A stretch of 64,000 nucleotides of DNA from Acidimicrobiia bacterium (GTDB taxonomy: Bacteria > Actinomycetota > Acidimicrobiia > IMCC26256 > PALSA-610), in NCBI GenBank assembly GCA_038240075.1, contig JBBSEC010000006.1:70-64069 (forward strand), written 5' to 3'. Positions 1 to 8,476 of this stretch are shown here, piece after piece (the stretch's first letter is position 1; the number at the start of each line of letters is the position of its first letter). The notes beneath the pieces are model-generated. The model saw only the letters and a program-made list of their open reading frames with translations, was not told the origin of the DNA and did not search any database. Both the position numbers and the translations under genes were made by a program.

Positions 1-2859
1 TGGGATCACGGTGATCCGCTCGACCGGCACCGCAACGACGCGTTGGCCGAAGTCGCGTTGGCGGCCGGTACCGAGGTGGTGGCGACGAACAACGTCCACT
101 ACGCGACGACCGCGCAGCGCCCGCTCGCGAACGCGCTCGCAGCGATCCGTGCGCGCCGTTCGCTCGACGAGATCGACGGGTGGCTGCCGGCGTCGTCGCA
201 TGCGCACCTGCGCGCCCCGGGTGAGCAGGCCCGTCGGTTCGCGCGGTGGCCCGGCGCGGTCGAACGCACCGTCGAGGTGGCCCGGGCGGCCGCGTTCGAC
301 CTCCGGCTCGCGGCCCCGAACCTCCCCGACGCGCCGGTGCCCGAGGGTCACACCGAGATGACGTGGCTGCGCGAGCTGGTGCGCAAGGGTGCCGCGGTCG
401 CGTACTCGCCGTCGCACACGCACTACGAGCAGGCGCAGCGTCAGCTCGAGTACGAGCTCGGCGTGATCGAGCAGCTCGGTTTCCCCGGCTATTTCCTGCT
501 GCTGTTCGACATCGTCGACTTCTGCCGCCGCTCCGACATCTACTGCCAGGGCCGTGGGAGCTCGGCGAACAGTGCCGTCTGCTACGCGCTCGGTGTCACG
601 AAGGCCGACGCGGTGGCGCTCGGGCTGCTCTTCGAACGGTTTCTCTCACCCGAGCGCGACGGCCCGCCCGACATCGATCTCGACATCGAGCACCAACGCC
701 GGGAAGAGGTGATCCAGTACGTCTACGACCGGTACGGGCGCGAACGGTGCGCGCAGGTCGCGAACGTCATCACCTACCGTCCCCGCTCCGCGTTGCGCGA
801 GATGGCGAAGGCCACCGGCGTCGCTCCCGGCCAGGCCGACGCGCTCGCGAAGTGGGTCGACCGTTGGAGCTCGGGCGCCGACGCGTTCTCGGAGCTGGTC
901 GAAGCGAGCGCGGATGTGAACCCGGAGGGCCACGAGCTTGCGGCGGGCATTCACCGCACCGATCCGCGTGTGGTGCGATCGACCGCGCGCCGGCACCGCG
1001 AGTTCCAGCGCAACCAACGCGAGGGCATCGCCGTCGACACGCTCCCGGCTTCGGCATCCACCCGTCCGCCCGCGATCCCGCCCCTCGCACTCGAGCTCGC
1101 CGGCCAGGTGCTCGACTTCCCGCGCCATCTCGGTATCCACTCGGGCGGGATGGTGATGGCCGACCGCCCACTGGTGGAGTTCTGCCCCGTCGAATGGGCC
1201 CGGATGGAAGGCCGCTCGGTGCTGCAGTGGGACAAGGACGACTGCGCGGCGGCCGGCCTCGTGAAGTTCGACCTGCTCGGTCTCGGGATGCTCACGATGC
1301 TGCATCTCGCGGTCGATCTCGTGCGCGAGTCGGAGGGCGTGGAGATCGACCTCGCGACGATCCCCCAGGAGCCCGGGGTCTACGACCTCCTCTGCGCGGC
1401 CGACACGGTCGGCGTGTTCCAAGTGGAGAGCCGGGCCCAGATGGCGACGCTGCCGCGGCTGCGACCGCGCACGTTCTACGACCTCGTCGTCGAGATCGCG
1501 CTCATCCGGCCCGGTCCGATCCAGGGCGGTTCGGTGCACCCATACCTGCGCCGGCGCAACGGCGAGGAGCCGGTGACCTATCTGCACCCGTTGCTCGAGA
1601 AGTGCCTCGAGAAGACGCTGGGCGTGCCGCTGTTCCAGGAGCAGCTCATGCAGATGGCGATCGACGTCGCCGGGTTCAGCCCCGCCGAGTCCGACGAGCT
1701 CCGCCAGGCGATGAGCTCGAAGCGTTCGCACACGCGTATGGCCCGGCTGCGCACGCGGCTGATGGAGGGCATGGCTGTCAACGGCATCACCGGTGCCACC
1801 GCGGAGGAGATCGCGCACAAGCTCGAGGCGTTCGCCGACTTCGGCTTCCCCGAGAGCCACTCGGTGAGCTTCGCCTACCTCGTGTATTCGAGCTCGTGGA
1901 TCAAGTACCACTACCCGGCCGAGTTCGCGGCGGCGTTGCTCAACGCCCAGCCGATGGGGTTCTACTCACCGCACACGATCATCCGCGACGCGCGCCGTCA
2001 CGGGGTCGAGGTGCTCGGCCCCGATGTCAACGGCTCGCGTCGCGACGCGATCCTCGAGCCCCGTCCTCCGCACGTCGATCCGATCGGGCGACCCAAGCCC
2101 GGCTTCTTTGCCGATCCGTCGCACCACGCGGTGCGGCTCGGTCTGCGGTCGGTGCGCGGTCTGCACGATGCGTTCTGCGACCACGTCGACGACGAACGCG
2201 CGCGTTGCGCGTTTCGCGACATGGAGGATTTCGTCCGTCGTACCGGCGCGACCGTCGACGCGCTGGAGGCACTGGCCGCCGCGGGTGCGTTCGAGCAGTC
2301 GTTCGGCCTGGCGCGCCGCTCCGCGATGTGGGCGGCGGGCGCGTTGCGCGACGCGCGTCCGCACGTGCAGACGAACGGCAACGTGGTGGAGACCCTGCCG
2401 GGGCTGCTCACCGGGCTCGACGCGCCGCCACTGCCGGGCATGACCGAACCGGAGGAGATGGCATCCGACCTGTGGTCGATGGGGCTCTCGCCGGGACGGC
2501 ACCCGACCGAGTTCGTCCGTGAGGAGCTCATCCGCCAGGGTGTCGTCACCGCGGCCGATCTGCGGGTGCTTCCCGACCGTTCGGTGGTCGAGGTGGCCGG
2601 AGTCGTGACGCACCGCCAGCAGCCGGCGACCGCGAAGGGCACCGTCTTCCTCAACCTCGAAGACGAGACCGGGCTCGTGAACGTGATCTGCACCCGCGGG
2701 ATCTGGAAGCGCTTCCGGCTGGTCGCGCGCGGCGCGCCCGCGTTGCGCGTGCGCGGGGTGCTCGAACGCCATCAAGGTGTCACCAACCTCGTGGCCGGCC
2801 GCATCACCCGCCTGCCGATCAGCCTCGCCGACTCCCTCCGCTCCCGCGACTTTCGTTAG
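1..2859 (+). CDS. dnaE2: Error-prone DNA polymerase III alpha-type subunit DnaE2 (5' end outside window)
   Basis: Frame 1 is open from base 1. Pol III alpha motifs are present (NNVHYA, GFPGYFLL, GRGSSANS, DIDLDIE, GIHSGGMV, KFDLLGLGML, ALIRPGP) with an OB-fold-like C-terminus. Stop is TAG 2857-2859. Confidence 0.9.
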   Translation, partial: WDHGDPLDRHRNDALAEVALAAGTEVVATNNVHYATTAQRPLANALAAIRARRSLDEIDGWLPASSHAHLRAPGEQARRFARWPGAVERTVEVARAAAFDLRLAAPNLPDAPVPEGHTEMTWLRELVRKGAAVAYSPSHTHYEQAQRQLEYELGVIEQLGFPGYFLLLFDIVDFCRRSDIYCQGRGSSANSAVCYALGVTKADAVALGLLFERFLSPERDGPPDIDLDIEHQRREEVIQYVYDRYGRERCAQVANVITYRPRSALREMAKATGVAPGQADALAKWVDRWSSGADAFSELVEASADVNPEGHELAAGIHRTDPRVVRSTARRHREFQRNQREGIAVDTLPASASTRPPAIPPLALELAGQVLDFPRHLGIHSGGMVMADRPLVEFCPVEWARMEGRSVLQWDKDDCAAAGLVKFDLLGLGMLTMLHLAVDLVRESEGVEIDLATIPQEPGVYDLLCAADTVGVFQVESRAQMATLPRLRPRTFYDLVVEIALIRPGPIQGGSVHPYLRRRNGEEPVTYLHPLLEKCLEKTLGVPLFQEQLMQMAIDVAGFSPAESDELRQAMSSKRSHTRMARLRTRLMEGMAVNGITGATAEEIAHKLEAFADFGFPESHSVSFAYLVYSSSWIKYHYPAEFAAALLNAQPMGFYSPHTIIRDARRHGVEVLGPDVNGSRRDAILEPRPPHVDPIGRPKPGFFADPSHHAVRLGLRSVRGLHDAFCDHVDDERARCAFRDMEDFVRRTGATVDALEALAAAGAFEQSFGLARRSAMWAAGALRDARPHVQTNGNVVETLPGLLTGLDAPPLPGMTEPEEMASDLWSMGLSPGRHPTEFVREELIRQGVVTAADLRVLPDRSVVEVAGVVTHRQQPATAKGTVFLNLEDETGLVNVICTRGIWKRFRLVARGAPALRVRGVLERHQGVTNLVAGRITRLPISLADSLRSRDFR

Positions 2860-3004
2860 TACGGTCGCATGCTTGCTCGCTCCGGCGTGGGCTGCGCCGT
2901 TGTTCTCGGGCTGACCGCGCACCTGCTCCGTTCTTACGGTCGCATGCTTGCTCCCTTCGTTGCGGGCTGCCCCTCTGTTCCAGAGTGAACGCGCACCTGC
3001 TCCG
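2860..3004. repeat. Imperfect direct tandem duplication (2 units, period 74-75 nt) in the dnaE2/transporter spacer
   Basis: TACGGTCGCATGCTTGCTC occurs at 2860-2878 and 2935-2953. CGCGCACCTGCTCCG occurs at 2916-2930 and 2990-3004. The ~36 nt between the blocks is only partly conserved. Confidence 0.85.
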
Positions 3005-3124
3005 GGGAAACATCCGTAAGCACCCGTTCTGGTCGATAACAGGGGTACCCTTGCGGGCCGCTTGAGAGGCCGGCCGCCTCCAGATCGACCGGATCGCCGA
3101 CATGTCCGAACCGCCGAGTCCCAC

Positions 3125-4402
3125 ATGCTGCGCTTCCCCCGTCGCATTGCGGCGCGCTTCGGCGCGGTCGTCCGCGCGGACCCGGCCGGCGTCCGTGCCG
3201 GCTTCGGCGCGCTCCTGATCTCATCCGGTGGCGATCTCGTCGCCGGTCTGACCCTCGCGTCGATCAACCACACGCTCCTCGAGCTCCCGGCGCTCTTCGT
3301 CCTGATCCCGGCGGCCATCGGCATGCGCGGCAACGTGTTCGGCGCGCTCGGCAGCCGCCTCGGCACCCTCATCCACACCGGTGAGTTCCGCGTCTCACGC
3401 CGGCTCGACACGCCGGTCGGTCAGAACATCGCCGCCGCACTGGTGCTCTCGCTGTCGACCTCGTTTGCGCTCGCGGTGCTGGCGAAGGGCGTCGCGGTCG
3501 CGTTCAACGTGCGGTCGATCTCCATCATCGATTTCATGGTCGTCGCGGTCGTCGGCGCGCTGCTGTCGTCGCTCGTCGTCCTCGCGATCACGATTGGCGT
3601 CGCGTCCCAGTGCGCCCGCCGCCGGTGGGACCTCGACAACGTGGCCGCGCCGATCGTCACCGCGGCCGGCGACGTGGCGACGCTGCCGAGCCTCTTCGCC
3701 GCGACCTACCTCCTCGGCATCCACGCGAGCTCGTCGAAGGGGGCGGCCGAGGTGCACCGCGGCGCCTTCCACGTCGTCACGCCGATCATCGCGGTCCTCT
3801 GCGCGGTCGCGTGCGTCGTTGCGCTCGTCGCCGGGCTCCGCAGTGGGCTGCCCACCCTGCAGCGGATCGTCATCGAGTCGGCGCCGATCCTCGTGATGGC
3901 GGGCCTCGTCGACGTGCTCGCCGGCGTGACGATCGAGAAGCGCACCACGGCGTTCCTCGCGCTCCCGGCCTTGTCGGTGCTCATCCCTCCGTTCCTGGAG
4001 GATTCGGGCGCGCTCGGAGGCATCCTCTCGGCGCGCGTCTCGACCCGCCTCCACCTCGGCACGCTGGCGTCGGGCAAATCGCCACTCGCGGCCCTCGACG
4101 ACATCCTCCTCGTGCTGATCTACGCGGTGCCCACGTTCGTCCTGCTGGGCGTGTCGGCCGATCTCGCGGCCAACGTGACCCACTTCCACGGCCCCGGGCT
4201 GCTGAAGATGGTCGAGGTCTCGGTGCTCGGCGGGACCATGGCGACCGCGTTCGCGGTCGTGATCGGCTATTACGCGGCCGTGTTCACGCACCGCCTGGGT
4301 CTCGATCCCGACAACCACGGGATCGCGATCGTCACATCGACCCTGGACCTGTTCGGCGCGTTCTCGCTTATCCTTGCGATCGTGCTCCTCGGACTCCACT
4401 AG
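3125..4402 (+). CDS. MgtE-like divalent cation transporter, membrane module only (COG1824-type)
   Basis: Polytopic membrane protein with two MgtE-type membrane repeats (PALFVLIPAAIGMRGN, APIVTAAGDVATLPS, PALSVLIPPFLEDSGALGG). No cytosolic N or CBS domains. ATG 3125 chosen; TTG 3062 is also possible. Confidence 0.7.
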   Translation: MLRFPRRIAARFGAVVRADPAGVRAGFGALLISSGGDLVAGLTLASINHTLLELPALFVLIPAAIGMRGNVFGALGSRLGTLIHTGEFRVSRRLDTPVGQNIAAALVLSLSTSFALAVLAKGVAVAFNVRSISIIDFMVVAVVGALLSSLVVLAITIGVASQCARRRWDLDNVAAPIVTAAGDVATLPSLFAATYLLGIHASSSKGAAEVHRGAFHVVTPIIAVLCAVACVVALVAGLRSGLPTLQRIVIESAPILVMAGLVDVLAGVTIEKRTTAFLALPALSVLIPPFLEDSGALGGILSARVSTRLHLGTLASGKSPLAALDDILLVLIYAVPTFVLLGVSADLAANVTHFHGPGLLKMVEVSVLGGTMATAFAVVIGYYAAVFTHRLGLDPDNHGIAIVTSTLDLFGAFSLILAIVLLGLH

Positions 4403-4427
4403 CAGCGGCACACCGCACCGCATCTTC

Positions 4428-5663
4428 ATGGACGACCAACCCCGAAATCTCAAAGCCATGCTCTCGGAGGCGAAAGACACCTCCGAGCTGATGGTGGATC
4501 TCGGCTACGCGTCCCTCTTCTTCGACGACGACGACATGGCCGACGAGGTCCTCGAACTCGAGGAACGGCTGAACGAGCTCGTGCACGAGATGCGCGCGGT
4601 CTGCGTGCTCGCGGCGCGTTCGCCGCGCGAGGCCGACGCGATGTCGGGCGTGTTGCACCTCATCTCGGCGATCGAGCGCATGGGCAACGCGGCCGTCGAC
4701 ATCGCGAAGATCGTCACCCACCACCTCGGCATCCCTGCCGCGCTCGTCGCGGATCTCGCGGCCGCGCAGGAGATCTCGCACCGGGTGCGTGTCCGCGAAG
4801 ACTCCGCGCTCGCGCAGCGCACCCTCGACGACGCCGAGCTCCCGACCGAGACCGGGCTCCGGGTCGTCGCGATCCGCAGGGCCAAGGAGTGGCTGATCGA
4901 TCCCGAGGACGACGAGATGCTGCGTCCGGGCGACGTGTTGATCGTGCGGGGTGCGGCCGAAGGGATCCCCGAGCTGCGCGTGCTCGCGGGCGCGCCGGAG
5001 TGGCGCGAGGCGACGCTCTCGGAAGACACCGCGCTCGGCGATCTCGACCGCGCGGTCGACGTACTCGTCGAGATGAAAGACGTCTCCGAGGCCGCGGTCG
5101 GCCTCGCGTACTCCGCGCTTCTGTTCAACGACCAGGGTCTCGCGGCCGAGGTGAGCAGCCTCGAGAACCGGCTCGACGAGATGCGCGAGCAGCTCGAGCT
5201 CTGGGTGCTGCGGGGTGCGGCCGAGACCGTCGATCCTTCGGCGCTGCGGGGCCTGCTGCACCTCGGTGGCGCGGCTGAGGAGATCGGCGACGCCGCACAG
5301 CAGATGGTGTGGCTCGTCGAGGAGAACGAAGAGCTCCACCCGGTGCTCAACGCCGCGCTCGGCGACACCGACGACGTGATCATGCGGGTTCCCGTCGCAC
5401 CGGGCTCGGAGCTCGAAGGTGAGGTGCTCACCTCCGCCGGTCTCGGCGACGACACTGGCTTCCATCTGCTCGCGTTGCACCGCAACGGGCGCTACATCTA
5501 CCGCCCGCGTCTGGGGACCAAGGTCGAGGCCGGTGACGAGCTCGTCGCGTCGGGCCCGTGGGAAGGTCGCGAAGACCTCGCGCGGCAGGCCGGTTTCCGG
5601 CTGATCTCCGACGACGACACCGGTGAGATCGAGCTCGTGCGCGTCGGTGCGCCGAGCTCCTGA
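4428..5663 (+). CDS. Soluble PhoU-like + TrkA-C (RCK_C) double-repeat regulatory protein (COG3273-type)
   Basis: Two PhoU-like helical units (SELMVDLGYASLFFDD, VDVLVEMKDVSEAAVGLAYSALLFND), each followed by a TrkA_C-like domain (RPGDVLIVRG, EAGDELVASG). Starts 25 nt after the transporter stop. Confidence 0.7.
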   Translation: MDDQPRNLKAMLSEAKDTSELMVDLGYASLFFDDDDMADEVLELEERLNELVHEMRAVCVLAARSPREADAMSGVLHLISAIERMGNAAVDIAKIVTHHLGIPAALVADLAAAQEISHRVRVREDSALAQRTLDDAELPTETGLRVVAIRRAKEWLIDPEDDEMLRPGDVLIVRGAAEGIPELRVLAGAPEWREATLSEDTALGDLDRAVDVLVEMKDVSEAAVGLAYSALLFNDQGLAAEVSSLENRLDEMREQLELWVLRGAAETVDPSALRGLLHLGGAAEEIGDAAQQMVWLVEENEELHPVLNAALGDTDDVIMRVPVAPGSELEGEVLTSAGLGDDTGFHLLALHRNGRYIYRPRLGTKVEAGDELVASGPWEGREDLARQAGFRLISDDDTGEIELVRVGAPSS

Positions 5664-5687
5664 ACGAACCGGTACGCGCAGCGTTGC

Positions 5688-7628
5688 TCAGAGGTCGATG
5701 CGGAACACCCATGCATCGCCCTCGTGGAACACCGCGGTCAAGTGGGGGTTGGCTCGAAGATCGGCAAGCCGCATGACCGGACGTCCGATGGGCAGCATGC
5801 GCGAGTCGAAGAAGACCCAGCGCGTGCGGTAGCGCCGTGCGAGATCGTCGGCCCGATCGTCTCGGCCGAGCGATCCCAGGTGCTTGGTGAGGTACAGCCG
5901 GTCGTTGAGCTCCGGGGAGTTCTTCCCGAACACGACACCGATGAGTGGTGAGACGTGTTGTTCCGCGTACATCCAGAGCGATCCGTCGACGCCGGGTTCG
6001 TTGGCGACGGTGTCACTGCGTGCGTGGACCCGCAACCATCGGAATGCGTCGAGGGACGTGTGGTCGACGAGGGCTTGATTGAAGAACACGTGCGAGCTCG
6101 GATCGAAGCTTGCTCGGACGTACCTGCTGTTGGCGCGGACAGCGTGAACGCCGACGAACACGGTGAGGACCGCAACCATTGCGAGTGTCGCCGGAAGCAT
6201 GGCCCACGATCGCGTCGAAACGCGGGCCATAAGCACGGCGCCGTAGGCCAGCGCGAGCCCGGCGAAGAAGGGGACGAAGAACGCAACGTTTGGGAGTATT
6301 CGCGACTCGAGGTGGTACCAGGGGAATGTGAGGGGATCGGCGAGGCGGTGCGTCGACGCGCCCGTGAAGAGGCTGAGCATCATCACGCCTGCCCAGCCGG
6401 TTACCCACGCGGGGCGCCGGAACACCAACCAGAGCGCCGCGCCTGCCAACGCAAGGAAGCCAAGGAAGCCTTGCCTCACGGTGCCGGCACCGTAGTGCAG
6501 TTGCAGGATCGCGCCGAGTCTCGGTTCCCAGTTCGCGTGGTTCGCGACCAGGAGAGTTCGCGACGCCACCCGTTCGGAGACACCGCCGGCGAATGAGACC
6601 AGCGTGGGCGAGAAGAGCATGGTCGCGAACGCACCAACGCCAATGCCGCGACTGAGCGCAGGTCGCAGCATCCGGATGTCGTGCGCGCGCCACGCGTGCT
6701 CGAGGACGAGGGCGAGTGCCAAACCGACGACGAGCGGGAGCTCGCTGGTGTGGAGCGACGCGATGCTCAGGAGCGCCAACGAGGGCGGGACCAGCGCCAC
6801 GACACTCGCTCGGTTCATCCCGAGCTGGAGGTGGCGGGTCAGCATTGCCTGCCAGAGCAGGACGACTGCGATCGGCACCATTGCCATGGCCACGATCTGC
6901 GGGATGTCGCCGCCCCAGACCGGGAAGTACGGGAACAGCATCACCAGTGGGACGACGAGCGCGGTGAATCCGGCGACGAGTGGCCGCGCGGGTGCGAGAT
7001 TGCGCGCGAGCACGAACATCCCGACCGGCAGTACCACGGCGCTGAACACGACGATGTACGCCACGAGCACGCGGCCAATGTCGCTGCCGACGAGACGGGT
7101 CGAGAGTGCGGCCGACGCGTGCAGGGTGAGCGGGTAGTAGTTGGCAACGCGATGTGCGCCACCGGCGTCGGATGTGAGGATCTTCGCCGGATCGATCGAG
7201 TGCGCCGAGAGGATGCGAGCAACGAACCAGCCGTGCCGGGTGGCGTCCCCACCCGGAGGAACGAGCGGAACGTGCCGCAACCCACGAAACCAGATCGACG
7301 TACCGACCGCAACGCCGAGCGTGAGCAGCGCGTCGTCGATCCGCTCGCCGCGCCGGCCGAGGTTGGGCTTCGGCGGGCGCGCCGGGCGGCGCCCGTGTAC
7401 GACCGCCAGCACGGCGACGAGAACGGCCAGGAGAACGACGAACGCCGGCACGCCGAAAGGAACCCGAAACCGCGTCGTGGTCTCGCCGAGCAGGAACACT
7501 GCGGCGAACGAGAACGCCGGGATCGCCGCCCATGTCGAGAGCATGCGGAGGCGAAGGCCGAGGATCGATGCGACGAGCGCTCCTGGAATCAGGATGACCG
7601 CAACCACGCCCGTATACGCCCGTAACAC
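5688..7628 (-). CDS. Large polytopic membrane protein, possible GT-C-type glycosyltransferase / DUF6541-like
   Basis: 646-aa ORF with many hydrophobic helices in the N-terminal two thirds and a soluble C-terminal part. Divergent from the sugar-modification genes. The function call is weak. Confidence 0.6.
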   Translation of the reverse strand: MLRAYTGVVAVILIPGALVASILGLRLRMLSTWAAIPAFSFAAVFLLGETTTRFRVPFGVPAFVVLLAVLVAVLAVVHGRRPARPPKPNLGRRGERIDDALLTLGVAVGTSIWFRGLRHVPLVPPGGDATRHGWFVARILSAHSIDPAKILTSDAGGAHRVANYYPLTLHASAALSTRLVGSDIGRVLVAYIVVFSAVVLPVGMFVLARNLAPARPLVAGFTALVVPLVMLFPYFPVWGGDIPQIVAMAMVPIAVVLLWQAMLTRHLQLGMNRASVVALVPPSLALLSIASLHTSELPLVVGLALALVLEHAWRAHDIRMLRPALSRGIGVGAFATMLFSPTLVSFAGGVSERVASRTLLVANHANWEPRLGAILQLHYGAGTVRQGFLGFLALAGAALWLVFRRPAWVTGWAGVMMLSLFTGASTHRLADPLTFPWYHLESRILPNVAFFVPFFAGLALAYGAVLMARVSTRSWAMLPATLAMVAVLTVFVGVHAVRANSRYVRASFDPSSHVFFNQALVDHTSLDAFRWLRVHARSDTVANEPGVDGSLWMYAEQHVSPLIGVVFGKNSPELNDRLYLTKHLGSLGRDDRADDLARRYRTRWVFFDSRMLPIGRPVMRLADLRANPHLTAVFHEGDAWVFRIDL

Positions 7629-7680
7629 GAACGGCAGTATGGCGGAAGGCGGTCGCCACGGCGAGCGCGCGATGGGTCGC

Positions 7681-7686
7681 TACGAT
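7681..7686 (+). promoter_or_regulatory. Putative -10 hexamer for near-leaderless LpxA-like gene
   Basis: TACGAT ends 8 nt before GTG 7695. Confidence 0.35.
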
Positions 7687-7694
7687 CTCACGCA

Positions 7695-8444
7695 GTGCCG
7701 TCGGGACGGGTTGCGATTCACCGCACGGCGATCGTCGCGCCCGACGTCGAGATCGGGGACGGGACGATCGTTGGTCCCTTCGCCGTCCTGCTCGCCCCGT
7801 GCTCCATCGGCCGGAACTGCTGGATCGGCCCGCACGTGGTGATCGGCACGACGGCCGAGCATCTCGAGACGATGACGATCGCAGCAGCACCGGCCGAAGC
7901 GTCGAGGAGCCTCGACCGCGACGCGCAGGATCGCGTCGACGCGCTGGTGTGGTTCGGTTCCCACGGTGCCGGAGTGATCATCGGCCACGGGTCGACGATT
8001 CGTGAGCAGAGCACGGTGCATCAGGGAACCGATGGTCCGACCGTGGTCGGGAGCGACACGTACATCATGAACAAGTCTCATGTCGGTCACGACGCAGAGC
8101 TCGGCGATCGCGTGCGTGTCGCCCCCGTCGCCATGGTGGGAGGGCACGCGTGGGTCGGCGCCGATGCGAACATCGGCATGGCGAGCGCGATTCATCAGCA
8201 TCGGGCGATCGGCGCCGGCGCAATGATTGGTATGCACGCGACCGTGGTCAATGATGTCGGGCCGTTTCAACTGGTAAAGGGAAATCCGGCCCGCGCGTCG
8301 GGCGTGAATGTCGTGGGCATGACACGGCTGGGATTCTCCGATACCGACATCGCCACATTGCGAGCTCACTACGAGGATCGAGGTCCGCGGCCGACCACTC
8401 TCGAGGCCCAGTTCGAACATTGGGACGGGGCGCGTTCGCACTGA
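7695..8444 (+). CDS. LpxA-like acyl-ACP:UDP-N-acetylglucosamine(-3N) acyltransferase (left-handed beta-helix)
   Basis: Collinear with E. coli LpxA as remembered: HRTAIVAPDVEIGDGTIVGPF coils, catalytic-His block IMNKSHVGHDAELG, GGHAWVG, AIHQH, NDVGPF, KGNPA. It also has the LpxA-type C-terminal helical domain GVNVVGMTRLGFSDTDIATL. Confidence 0.8.
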   Translation: MPSGRVAIHRTAIVAPDVEIGDGTIVGPFAVLLAPCSIGRNCWIGPHVVIGTTAEHLETMTIAAAPAEASRSLDRDAQDRVDALVWFGSHGAGVIIGHGSTIREQSTVHQGTDGPTVVGSDTYIMNKSHVGHDAELGDRVRVAPVAMVGGHAWVGADANIGMASAIHQHRAIGAGAMIGMHATVVNDVGPFQLVKGNPARASGVNVVGMTRLGFSDTDIATLRAHYEDRGPRPTTLEAQFEHWDGARSH

Positions 8445-8464
8445 GCCCTCCACAAAACGGTTGC

Positions 8465-8470
8465 TACGAT
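8465..8470 (+). promoter_or_regulatory. Putative -10 hexamer for leaderless GT4 gene
   Basis: TACGAT ends 6 nt before GTG 8477. Confidence 0.35.
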
Positions 8471-8476
8471 TGGCGC

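Noticed and set aside
246-2522. Long alternative-frame and antisense ORFs overlapping dnaE2 (246-2522 +, 646-1911 -, 1966-3411 -). Similar ones occur elsewhere (6013-7890 -, 18975-20879 -, 43025-44629 -, 58738-60003 -, 61860-63503 -).
   Set aside because: Their translations are Arg/Gly/Pro/Ala-rich with no recognisable motifs. They always shadow a gene with clear family motifs. This is the typical stop-codon-poor artefact of very GC-rich DNA.
3027-3043. An 11-nt identity (TCGATAACAGG) with the sequence flanking the SOS box of the HNH gene (28799-28809), considered as a third LexA site or a relic of another HNH promoter.
   Set aside because: The palindromic second half-site is disrupted (GTTC-TGG-TCGA instead of GAAC-N4-GTTC), and the adjacent sequence shows no similarity to the HNH gene.
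2851-3124. M-box (Mg) riboswitch upstream of the MgtE-like gene; the TTCGTTAG at 2852-2859 is reminiscent of the M-box 5' end.
   Set aside because: I cannot recognise the remaining conserved M-box blocks. The TTCGTTAG overlaps the dnaE2 stop codon. A covariance-model scan is needed for a real answer.
2819-3224. Minus-strand ORFs of 101 and 96 aa inside the dnaE2/transporter spacer.
   Set aside because: They are Arg-rich, and their internal repetition (EQACDRKNG / EQACDRTNE) simply mirrors the DNA tandem duplication. There is no start context and they run antisense into dnaE2.
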